DNA from: Candidatus Pacearchaeota archaeon
GTDB taxonomy: Archaea > Nanobdellota > Nanobdellia > Pacearchaeales > GW2011-AR1
Direction of reading: 5' to 3'
Assembly (NCBI GenBank): GCA_041659945.1
Contig: JBAZXH010000001.1
Coordinates: 593,903 to 617,902 of the forward strand
DNA: 24,000 nt
The position numbers and the translations under genes are program-made. The notes below the pieces were generated by a model, which ran no database searches, was not told the origin of the DNA, and saw nothing but the letters and a program-made list of their open reading frames with translations. Below, in pieces: positions 1-7,805 of this stretch; position 1 is the stretch's first letter, and each line of letters begins with the position of its first letter.

Positions 1-2
1 CA

Positions 3-542
3 GAAAGTTTCCCATATTATTTATTTGATTTTAAAACAGAATATAGTAAAACAAAAGGAAGAAAAATTGGATTGTTTTGGGATAAAAGTGAAAAAGCAGT
101 TAAAGAATATTTAGATGGAAAAACTCAAAAAAATAACGAGGTTATATTTGATTCTAAATATGATAATATAAGAAAATTTCTTCTTAGATTAGGAAAAAGA
201 GTTCTTAATAAAAGAGTTCATCCCCATCTTTTGCGTCATGCGTCATGCACTTTTTATGCTTCTCGAATAAATAGACAGGAGCTTTGTATTCGTTATGGGT
301 GGTCTTTTATCTCACGAATGCCTGATGTCTATATTGATAGAGCGGGTTTAGACCAAAATAAAATAATGGAGTCTTTTAAATCTCAAGGAATGGAAAAATT
401 TAAAGAAGAAAATGATGATTTGAGAAAAAAATTGACTAGAGCTTATATGAAATTAACTACTCTTGAAACAAAGTTTAAACAGTTTAAAGAAGATTTTGAC
501 TCTTTTGTTAGTTCTAAAGCTGATTGTACTGTAAGTAAGTAG
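3..542 (+). CDS. Tyrosine recombinase/integrase, C-terminal part (5' truncated by window edge)
   Basis: Frame is open from the window start (…ESFPYYLFDFKTEYSKTKGRKIGLFWDK…). Carries HPHLLRHASCTFYA (HxLRH box) and a downstream Tyr in MPDVYIDRAG, followed by a coiled-coil-like tail. Confidence 0.85.
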   Translation, partial: ESFPYYLFDFKTEYSKTKGRKIGLFWDKSEKAVKEYLDGKTQKNNEVIFDSKYDNIRKFLLRLGKRVLNKRVHPHLLRHASCTFYASRINRQELCIRYGWSFISRMPDVYIDRAGLDQNKIMESFKSQGMEKFKEENDDLRKKLTRAYMKLTTLETKFKQFKEDFDSFVSSKADCTVSK

Positions 543-563
543 TTATCTTAAATCACGGAAAAG

Positions 564-571
564 TTTATAAA
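564..571 (+). promoter_or_regulatory. Archaeal TATA box TTTATAAA for the 594 ORF (leaderless spacing)
   Basis: TTTATAAA centred about 26 nt upstream of ATG 594. Confidence 0.6.
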
Positions 572-593
572 CCCTTATAGTATAGTAATATAA

Positions 594-833
594 ATGGTAA
601 ACTACACTACTAAAAATAGACGAGGTGTTGAAAGGGCATCTATCGAGAAAGTTTGGAATATAATCAATCAAGAAGATTTGCCTCTTACTCCATCAAAGAT
701 AACTTTGAAATCAGGACTTCACTTTTATTCTGTTCAAAGTTGTCTTGACTTTCTAAAATACTTAAAAAAAATTGAAATAATTTATGGAGAAAGAATATGC
801 TTAATCAAAAAAATATCGGAGGGAGAAAAATGA
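594..833 (+). CDS. Small winged-helix/HTH-like DNA-binding protein
   Basis: 79 aa ORF with TATA box at proper distance; wHTH-like pattern (…LPLTPSKITLKSGLHFYSVQSCLDFLKYLKKIEIIYG…). Confidence 0.5.
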   Translation: MVNYTTKNRRGVERASIEKVWNIINQEDLPLTPSKITLKSGLHFYSVQSCLDFLKYLKKIEIIYGERICLIKKISEGEK

Positions 834-961
834 ATGCACCAGAAACTCAATTAGTTAATGGATTCAATCAAGAAAAGTTGGTTCTTTTTTATTTTAAAAG
901 ACAACTTGAAGAGATTGAGAAGTTATTTAATGAAAAATTAGAAGTAATGGAGAATAAATAA
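830..961 (+). CDS. Small 43-aa hypothetical protein (MNAPETQLVNGFNQEKLVLFYFKRQLEEIEKLFNEKLEVMENK)
   Basis: Not in the supplied ORF track. Start overlaps the preceding stop (ATGA), preceded by GGAGGG, and ends 2 nt before the next ATG. Confidence 0.5.
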   Translation: MNAPETQLVNGFNQEKLVLFYFKRQLEEIEKLFNEKLEVMENK

Positions 962-963
962 AT

Positions 964-1461
964 ATGGACAAAAGTATTGATGAAGTTTGGTTAGTTAAGG
1001 AATGGTTAGACAAACTTTTTTATCAGATTGGAAAACAGCAATATGATTACTTTTTGCAGTTTTCTGAAGTTAATGGCGTTAAAACTAAATGGCGAAAGTA
1101 TAGTGAGATTTGTTTTGATTATGAAAATCCTAAAAATAAACTCTTTTTAAGTATAGTAAATCAACGTCAAATATTGCCATGTGAAGTTGTTTTGGATATT
1201 GAAAATAAAGAACAACTTCCAATTATTATTTCTGAATTAAATAAAATTGGATTAACTTTTTATGTTTTTTCAACAGGTTCTCGGGGATATCATGTTCATT
1301 TATTCTTTAATCGGGCACTTTCACAAGCAGAAAAAATAGCTATAATCAAATATTTTAAAACAGATATCCAAAAGGCATCAAATAAAACTTTGATAGCTTT
1401 GGAGTTTGCTAAGCATTGGAAATCTGGTAAAATTAAGGAGTTAGTAAAATATGGAAATTAA
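964..1461 (+). CDS. Mini archaeo-eukaryotic primase (AEP/PriS-like) catalytic subunit
   Basis: 165 aa with VVLDIEN (acidic motif I), FSTGSRGYHVHLFF (AEP motif II) and TLIALEFAKHWKSGKIKELV (motif III-like). Confidence 0.75.
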   Translation: MDKSIDEVWLVKEWLDKLFYQIGKQQYDYFLQFSEVNGVKTKWRKYSEICFDYENPKNKLFLSIVNQRQILPCEVVLDIENKEQLPIIISELNKIGLTFYVFSTGSRGYHVHLFFNRALSQAEKIAIIKYFKTDIQKASNKTLIALEFAKHWKSGKIKELVKYGN

Positions 1462-2836
1462 TACAAACGACCCATCTGAACTTTTGCAATTAGTAAACCA
1501 ACCTGAAAGCAGAATAATGAATATACTTATGAACCCAAATTTATTTTATGAAATAATTGATGAATTTGATAAAAAAATTGTTGAAGAAATTTCTGCTAGA
1601 AAAGTTATATTTCTTTGTTCTCAAGGAAGACTAGTTAAGAATCATCAGATTGCTTCTTATAATCTGCTTGTTAATGATGAAGCAGGAGTGGGCAAAGATT
1701 ATGTTTGTAATGCTATCTTAGAAATATTACCAAATGAAACTTACATTCACAAGACGAGAATAAGTCCTACGGTATTTACATATTGGCATAATAAAGCTTC
1801 TGAACCTCTTTGGACATGGAATGGGAAGGTTTTCTATCCTGAGGATATTTCAGAGACTGTATTGAATTCTGATGTCTTTAAAGTGATGTGTTCAAATGGA
1901 AGTTCTGCAATAATTACTATAAAAAATCGTGCAGTTGATATTGAAATTGATGGTAAACCTGTAATCATAACCACAACAGCTAATTCTACTCCAAATTCCG
2001 AGCTTACCAGAAGATTTGCTATTTTGAACTTAAATAGTTCTGAGAATCAAACCAAGTTAATTATGAAAAGACATTCTCAATATAAGAAATTGGGTGTTGT
2101 GCCAGATTACAATATAGACTTTAAGGAAGCAATGAGCTATCTAGAAAGAGTTTCTGTAAGAATTCCTTTTGCTGATATTTTGGATAAGTTTTTTCCATAT
2201 AAAAGTATTATTATGAGAACTCATTATCCACGATTTTTAGATTTTATTTCTGCTTCAGCAGCATTATACCAATTTCAAAGACAGAAAGATGTAAATGGTT
2301 TTGTTTTAGCTGTAGGTCAAGATTATGATATAGCTAGAGAATGTTTTTTAGCTTTGTGTTCTAATAAATATATGATTCCCCTGACAATAAATCAAAAAAA
2401 GATTTTAGAGGTATTTGAAAAAAATAATGTTCTCAAAGGAGGGGTTATGCAACTTCATAAAGAAATGAATTTCATTTCGGATAAGGCTCTTCAAATTAAT
2501 CTGCAGAAATTAGTCCAATATGGATTTCTAAAGGTAGATATTGAAAGGGATGTATGTAACAGAGACATAGAAGTATATTCTTTATCTGAGTCTTATTCTC
2601 CTCAACAGGAGTTAGTTCTTCCTACTTTTGAGGAATTGTGTGAATCTGGTTCAGAACCCTCTATACCTTCAGAACCTTCTATAAGTTCGATACATTCTAT
2701 ACCTCATGAGGTAGGGAAGATACAGAAGGTAGAGAATATGGAAAGTCCAATTTTAAAACTTGAGATTGTGAAATTTCCCCTTTCTAATTTAAAAAATAAA
2801 CTAAACTTACAGGAGATTAACAAAGTAGAGCTATAG
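1451..2836 (+). CDS. AAA+ ATPase, putative replicative helicase of the element with C-terminal wHTH
   Basis: Walker A-like NDEAGVGKDYVC; WNGKVFYPEDIS as possible Walker B; ITTTANSTPNSELTRRFAI (sensor/Arg-finger-like). Overlaps the primase ORF by 11 nt. Confidence 0.65.
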   Translation: MEINTNDPSELLQLVNQPESRIMNILMNPNLFYEIIDEFDKKIVEEISARKVIFLCSQGRLVKNHQIASYNLLVNDEAGVGKDYVCNAILEILPNETYIHKTRISPTVFTYWHNKASEPLWTWNGKVFYPEDISETVLNSDVFKVMCSNGSSAIITIKNRAVDIEIDGKPVIITTTANSTPNSELTRRFAILNLNSSENQTKLIMKRHSQYKKLGVVPDYNIDFKEAMSYLERVSVRIPFADILDKFFPYKSIIMRTHYPRFLDFISASAALYQFQRQKDVNGFVLAVGQDYDIARECFLALCSNKYMIPLTINQKKILEVFEKNNVLKGGVMQLHKEMNFISDKALQINLQKLVQYGFLKVDIERDVCNRDIEVYSLSESYSPQQELVLPTFEELCESGSEPSIPSEPSISSIHSIPHEVGKIQKVENMESPILKLEIVKFPLSNLKNKLNLQEINKVEL

Positions 2837-2838
2837 AA

Positions 2839-3591
2839 ATGAAAGAAACAATAATTTATGTTAGAACTTCGACTGAAGAGCAAAACCCTCAAAATCAATT
2901 GAAGGATTGCCAAGAACTTACAAAGAGATTGGGGTTTGAAGATTACGAAGTTTTACCTGAGAAAAAATCTGCGTTTAAAGACAATATAGAAAGAGAGATT
3001 TTTAATTCAATTAGAGAAGCAATAACTAAGGGAGAAGTGAAAAATTTGATTGTGTGGGATTTGGATAGAATATACAGACACAGAATTAGGCTATTAGATT
3101 TTCTCACTTTTTGCAATGTCTATAAAGTTAAAGTTTATTCATTTAGGCAAGAGTTTCTTAATGTCTTTGATAATCTAAAATTGCCTCAAGGTTTTGAGTT
3201 TCTTACTGAGATGTATAGAAATAATTTTTTGCAGTTCTTGGGATGGATTGCTGAAGAGGAAAGTGAGAAGAAATCTCAAAGGGTTAAGATTGCTGTTAGG
3301 AGGGGAGAGGGAGTAACAAAGTCATATAAAGGGAATAAGTGGGGGAGGAGAAGTTTGCAAAATACTCGTCTTATCGAACAGATTCTTAGCCTTAATTCAC
3401 AGGGAAGAACAATTAGACAAATAGCAGAACAAGTTTATTATTATGATGAGAACAGGAATAAAAAATTAGTTTCAAAATCATTTGTCCATAAATTATTAGC
3501 TCAAAATAGAGGGACAAATCTTCGTAATTATGAGTGTCCTAAAACTGAACAATTAAAGGACAGGAGACAAAATGAGTCTGATGAAAAATAA
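2839..3591 (+). CDS. Serine recombinase (resolvase/invertase family)
   Basis: IIYVRTSTEEQNPQNQL catalytic Ser region, NLIVWDLDRIYRHR, EEESEKKSQRVK and a C-terminal HTH region. Confidence 0.9.
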   Translation: MKETIIYVRTSTEEQNPQNQLKDCQELTKRLGFEDYEVLPEKKSAFKDNIEREIFNSIREAITKGEVKNLIVWDLDRIYRHRIRLLDFLTFCNVYKVKVYSFRQEFLNVFDNLKLPQGFEFLTEMYRNNFLQFLGWIAEEESEKKSQRVKIAVRRGEGVTKSYKGNKWGRRSLQNTRLIEQILSLNSQGRTIRQIAEQVYYYDENRNKKLVSKSFVHKLLAQNRGTNLRNYECPKTEQLKDRRQNESDEK

Positions 3592-3607
3592 AAAGGGTTT
3601 GAATAAA

Positions 3608-3973
3608 ATGGGACATGTTTGGTTTGGGTTAATAATCGGTCTATTGGGGTTTTATATGCTAAAAGACTTTATGTCAATCTCAACTTTATTCTTATGTTTT
3701 CATCTACCTTTTTATTTAATAGGTTCTGCTTATTTATTAGATACTATAGAAAGTCCCAAATTTGGAGGTCGTTGGCATAGGGGTATTTTTCATAGTAAAA
3801 TTGCCTTTGTTGTAATTCTACTTGCTGTTCCAATACTGATTAAATTTTATCTGGATTACCCAAAGAAGTTTTTTCTTGATATTCCTTTTAACTATTTTTC
3901 AATTGGGATAGCTATTTTACTTGGAATTTGTAGTCATATTTTTGGAGATTCACTAACTGATAAATTAAGATGA
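3608..3973 (+). CDS. YdjM/DUF457-like membrane-bound metal-dependent hydrolase
   Basis: MGHVWFGLIIG…HRGIFHSKIAF…GICSHIFGDSLTD: His/Asp motifs with TM segments. The track start at 3572 is an alternative. Confidence 0.6.
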   Translation: MGHVWFGLIIGLLGFYMLKDFMSISTLFLCFHLPFYLIGSAYLLDTIESPKFGGRWHRGIFHSKIAFVVILLAVPILIKFYLDYPKKFFLDIPFNYFSIGIAILLGICSHIFGDSLTDKLR

Positions 3974-4188
3974 AAAAACAATTAAAAAAATTTCTTGAGC
4001 TGAAGATTGTTACAGATGGTAAAGGAATGTATGTAGTCAAGTATAAAAAAGGTCAAAAAGAGTTTTTTGAAGAACTGGCAAAAATGGCAGACACTACTTT
4101 AGACAGTATTATCCAAGAAAGGATAGAGCAGGCAACTGGAGTAAAAACTATACCTGCAATATTAACTGTAAGAAAAACATCAAAATGA
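3970..4188 (+). CDS. Hypothetical protein
   Basis: 72 aa ORF overlapping neighbours by 4 nt on both sides (operon-like ATGA junctions). Confidence 0.5.
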   Translation: MKKQLKKFLELKIVTDGKGMYVVKYKKGQKEFFEELAKMADTTLDSIIQERIEQATGVKTIPAILTVRKTSK

Positions 4189-4484
4189 CAAAACAATTAA
4201 AATTAAACTTTGGTCAAAAATTAGAACTTTTTAGGCAGAAACATCAAGTAGCATTTTATATTTTACTAATTATTATTGGGTTTTTATCTTGGGGTCAAAT
4301 GTTTCAAATTTTTGGAGATTTTGAACCATTTCAAATTAATTTACTTAACCTTGTTAGAGGATTATTTTTTGCTGTTTTTTACTTCACACTTGTCTATTTG
4401 TTTTCTGAGACTTGGTTTGAATACCAAAAAATAAGGAGCAAAAACATTTCAAATGATAGTCTTTTGAAACTCATGAATTATTAA
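4185..4484 (+). CDS. Hypothetical two-TM membrane protein
   Basis: 99 aa ORF with two hydrophobic segments, ATGA-coupled to the preceding ORF. Confidence 0.5.
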   Translation: MTKQLKLNFGQKLELFRQKHQVAFYILLIIIGFLSWGQMFQIFGDFEPFQINLLNLVRGLFFAVFYFTLVYLFSETWFEYQKIRSKNISNDSLLKLMNY

Positions 4485-4629
4485 AAGTATAGAAAATACT
4501 AAAACTTCGGATAGATTAAAAGTTTGATTAATGGATAACAGACCCTTGTGCTACGATAGACCCAGATGCTGTTATGAACTCCTTGCCACGGTCTAAAGGC
4601 TTTTTACACTCTAATACTTAATTAATCTT

Positions 4630-5787
4630 TTATAGATATTTAACAGGAATAACTGCTGCATGCTTTCCATCTGAAAAAAGTCTTGATTCTCTAAATACTC
4701 CTAAATTATGTCTCCAGTCTTTTCTAGCCTCACCTAATACTAATAATTGCACTAATGAATAATCAGCCTTTTTCATAAACCTATAAACTCCGTGATGTAG
4801 GAAATTCCAATCAAAGTTATCTGAGCAAAATACTGAAAGGCTACCGAATCTTTGATGAAGAGGATATGATTCTTCTATTTTATGTGGTAATATTAATCCG
4901 TAAGGCTTGTCTATTGCTTCGGGTTTATCAATGTAAAATGAAACTTCAATACCTTCTTCAGGAGTAACTCCAAAACAGGACATAGCAGTCATAATTGGAA
5001 AATCCTTACCATGAATATTCCAAGCTCTTTCATAACTTTTGGCTGGTTGGAAAGATTTAAATGGTCTCGCCTGAAAGAACAATAAAGGTCTAAGTCCAAA
5101 TTCTATTTGTTGTGCAAAAGAATCATCTAAAATTCCACTTGTTTCAAGTTTCTCATACATTTCAATTGCTTCTCTAATTTCCTTATCTTCTATTTCTAAT
5201 TCCGAGCTATGGTGCCAGTAACTTGATTCTTCAAGTTCTGCATGTGAAACAGGAGCACGACCCATCAGATTATTGTCAGTTATGTCTTTATATTGTATCA
5301 TTAATTTATTAGTGTTTGGGTGTCTAAGCATAGAACCAATTATCGGCGATGGTGACTGTTCTTGAATTAATATATGTGCTTCAGGAGTATATGGTTGACC
5401 CCAATCTTCACAATGAACTCTTAGTCCTTCATTCTCTCTAGAAATGTCACCTACATAAACTCCTGGTCTGACAATATAATGTTTACCTAACATAAAAGAT
5501 TCTATTTTTTCTATTGCTTCTTCCACACTTGTATGTGTTACATCTCTAAATGTTGGAATAACATCAATAAATCCGTGATAGTCATTTGGATGAGAACCTC
5601 TTACAATTAATGGTTCTCGCATTCTTTGAATTTCTGGCATTACAGAATCTAAACTCTGTCCAGCATATTTCCAAACTGAACGAGGTATAGGAATATTAGT
5701 TCCCTCTCTCTCTCTCTCTAATAATGCTCTTATTATTTCCAATTTACTTCCGCCACGATTGATTTGTTCTTGTGTTATCATTTTCAT
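4630..5787 (-). CDS. Divergent PEP-synthase/PPDK N-terminal-like ATP-grasp protein (B)
   Basis: GGSKLEIIRALL…GTNIPIPRSVW, EPLIVRGSHPNDYHGF and QQIEFGLRPLLFFQARPF match the fold's landmark motifs. TAATG overlap with upstream gene. Confidence 0.55.
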   Translation of the reverse strand: MKMITQEQINRGGSKLEIIRALLEREREGTNIPIPRSVWKYAGQSLDSVMPEIQRMREPLIVRGSHPNDYHGFIDVIPTFRDVTHTSVEEAIEKIESFMLGKHYIVRPGVYVGDISRENEGLRVHCEDWGQPYTPEAHILIQEQSPSPIIGSMLRHPNTNKLMIQYKDITDNNLMGRAPVSHAELEESSYWHHSSELEIEDKEIREAIEMYEKLETSGILDDSFAQQIEFGLRPLLFFQARPFKSFQPAKSYERAWNIHGKDFPIMTAMSCFGVTPEEGIEVSFYIDKPEAIDKPYGLILPHKIEESYPLHQRFGSLSVFCSDNFDWNFLHHGVYRFMKKADYSLVQLLVLGEARKDWRHNLGVFRESRLFSDGKHAAVIPVKYL

Positions 5788-7112
5788 TACCAGACAAATA
5801 CTCCATCTTCATTACAAAGAACATCTAAATTATCTCCAGTACAAATTTCATTTCTATAAACCATATTAATTGGAACAAGAACTCCATTATGAGTGTATAT
5901 ACTTTCATTACTAGATAAACGGGGTTTACTCTCTCGTGTTTCAGTTGGATATTTTGGCTTATGAGAAAATCTGTGACCAAATCTGCTTTCATCATCTACA
6001 TCTATGTAAATTATTGCTCCACCCGTTTCAACACTATTCCAAGATTCATGTCTAACAACTGACTGAGCTTTACTTCTCATTTGAATAACTCCACCTTTAA
6101 GAATATCATTAAGATAGGCATATCTTTCTTCACGGCTTGCAAATGGTTTTTCAACTCCAATTAAATCTATTAATTCTTTTAAGACTACAACATACTTTGG
6201 ATTATGAGTTCTAAATTCTGCAATCTCTGCTTGATATTGTTGTACTAATCTTCTTTTTTCTTCTTCAGTAGACCATCTTTGTTCTGGGAATACCTCTCTT
6301 AATTCATCTAATACTAAAACAGGTCCTCTGAAAGAAGCATATCCTTGTGCATGCAATCCTGTAATCATAGTGCTATATTCAGGAGGTCTTGCTAAACTTC
6401 TAGGGTCAGTTAGTTCTATTTCTTTTGCTTGAAATACTTGCAACAATCCTTCTTCATTAATTCCTGCTTCTAGTTGAACTGGTTTGCCAAAAAGTTCTTC
6501 TACTCTTATTCCAACTTCACCAAATTGATTTATTGCTTCTAAATTTTCATCATTAAAAAAACCAGTACTTTTTATTTTCCTTGAAGGTTTATCATATATT
6601 TCCCATCTACCCTTAGCCTTTATTCCATCCCAATAGTTAAGTATCATTTCGTTAGGATTATTCTGTGCAGATGTCATAAACATTCCAAAAAATCTATGTC
6701 TGAAATTTGGTGTAAACATTACATTCATTGCTTCAGGATTAAAATCTGTTATTACTTGCTCTTCAATATATTGTCTAACTGCCTCGCTTCTTGCACTTTG
6801 TCTAATCTCTTGATAAGATTCTCTTATTCTTTCAGGCTCATTAGGACACCAGTCACTTAAAAATTTTCCTGAAAAAGGATGCTTACCAGATTCCATTGGA
6901 TGACAGCTTCTAACAATTAAATCATCACCAAGAGTTAATGATGCTTCAACAATACTATCTTCAAGAGTTGTATCCGTAGAACCATCACTTAAAACTGTAA
7001 AAAATCTTGGTATAGGAATCCCTGCTCTTTTCATTACCATAAGATTATATGCTTTAGGTCCCACTACTTCTCTTTGCGGTAATTCATCTGTATCCCAAAT
7101 TATTCTTTTCAT
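5787..7112 (-). CDS. PEP-synthase/PPDK N-terminal-like ATP-grasp protein (A)
   Basis: GPKAYNLMVMKRAGIPIPRFFTV, DDLIVRSCHPMESGKHPFSGKF and VQLEAGINEEGLLQVFQAKEIEL. Confidence 0.7.
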   Translation of the reverse strand: MKRIIWDTDELPQREVVGPKAYNLMVMKRAGIPIPRFFTVLSDGSTDTTLEDSIVEASLTLGDDLIVRSCHPMESGKHPFSGKFLSDWCPNEPERIRESYQEIRQSARSEAVRQYIEEQVITDFNPEAMNVMFTPNFRHRFFGMFMTSAQNNPNEMILNYWDGIKAKGRWEIYDKPSRKIKSTGFFNDENLEAINQFGEVGIRVEELFGKPVQLEAGINEEGLLQVFQAKEIELTDPRSLARPPEYSTMITGLHAQGYASFRGPVLVLDELREVFPEQRWSTEEEKRRLVQQYQAEIAEFRTHNPKYVVVLKELIDLIGVEKPFASREERYAYLNDILKGGVIQMRSKAQSVVRHESWNSVETGGAIIYIDVDDESRFGHRFSHKPKYPTETRESKPRLSSNESIYTHNGVLVPINMVYRNEICTGDNLDVLCNEDGVFVW

Positions 7113-7123
7113 TTTCTTATTTT

Positions 7124-7160
7124 CTCAGAATTAGTAGTTCTGAGGTACTAAAACACCTCA
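7124..7160 (-). promoter_or_regulatory. Two overlapping stem-loops in predicted 5' leader of ATP-grasp operon
   Basis: CTCAGAA(7124-7130)/TTCTGAG(7138-7144) and TGAGGT(7141-7146)/ACCTCA(7155-7160), sharing TGAG. Confidence 0.5.
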
Positions 7161-7180
7161 ATTTTAGATAAACAAGTGGC

Positions 7181-7188
7181 TTATAAAT
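7181..7188 (-). promoter_or_regulatory. TATA box for the ATP-grasp operon (ATTTATAA on minus strand)
   Basis: TTATAAAT on plus strand; predicted TSS about 7158-7160. Confidence 0.45.
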
Positions 7189-7239
7189 TTAACGTTGACC
7201 TACGAGCGAGCCGAAGGCGAGCGAGTTTTAATCTCTTAA

Positions 7240-7494
7240 TTATTTATTCTTTAGAGTTTGTTTTCCAAGTTCTGTAATCCCATAAACTTTCCAAGCTTTC
7301 TTTTCAGGAGTCAAACATATTACAAGATTTTTCTTTTCTAACTCGTATAGGGCTTTACTGATATTTGGCTGTTTTTCTTTGATGATTTTAGCTATTTCAA
7401 TCTGCCTCATATCTTTTTTAGCTAGTGTTTGTAATACCTTTCTTCTAATTTTGCTTGTTAGGATAAAAGCAGATAATTGCCTTATTTCATTCAT
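7240..7494 (-). CDS. Winged-helix transcriptional regulator (start corrected to MNEIRQL…)
   Basis: RRKVLQTLAKKDMRQIEIAKIIKEKQPNISKALYELEKKNLVICLTPEKKAWKVYGITELG. TATA-like element about 24 nt upstream of ATG 7494. Confidence 0.75.
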   Translation of the reverse strand: MNEIRQLSAFILTSKIRRKVLQTLAKKDMRQIEIAKIIKEKQPNISKALYELEKKNLVICLTPEKKAWKVYGITELGKQTLKNK

Positions 7495-7513
7495 ATACCC
7501 TAACAGACAAATA

Positions 7514-7521
7514 TTTATAAA
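7514..7521. promoter_or_regulatory. Palindromic TATA box possibly serving divergent promoters
   Basis: TTTATAAA about 24 nt from the minus-strand ATG 7494 and upstream of the plus-strand genes. Confidence 0.4.
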
Positions 7522-7579
7522 AAGGGAATAATATAACATACATATAACAAATAAATGGCAATTGAGCTGATTTAATAAA

Positions 7580-7804
7580 ATGGGAATTATGAAGTGGATG
7601 TGGGAACAAGGAAAAAAGGATGAGGAAAGGATTAGACAAGCGGCTATAACTGCAGACATGATAGCCAAAGAACAAAGAAATATATCTACATGTAAAATTT
7701 GTAAAAGAATATTTGCTGAAGGTATTCCTTATCAAAAAACAATAACAGGAAGACCAAAGAATTATATTTGTGTTAACTGTGCAAAAAATATTGGATGGGC
7801 TTAA
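7580..7804 (+). CDS. Small zinc-ribbon-like protein
   Basis: 74 aa with CKICKRIF…YICVNCAKNIGW (two CxxC pairs). Confidence 0.6.
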   Translation: MGIMKWMWEQGKKDEERIRQAAITADMIAKEQRNISTCKICKRIFAEGIPYQKTITGRPKNYICVNCAKNIGWA

Positions 7805-7805
7805 A

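Noticed and set aside
2704-2913. 69-aa minus-strand ORF
   Set aside because: Antisense across the AAA+/serine recombinase junction; no support.
4531-4605. tRNA or tRNA fragment as attachment site
   Set aside because: Tried both strands. No acceptor/T-arm pattern could be assembled, so it is kept only as an unexplained structured island.
7495-7668. N-terminal extension of the 7240-7668 minus ORF
   Set aside because: Hydrophobic, non-domain-like sequence. The TATA spacing and wHTH domain start support initiation at 7494.
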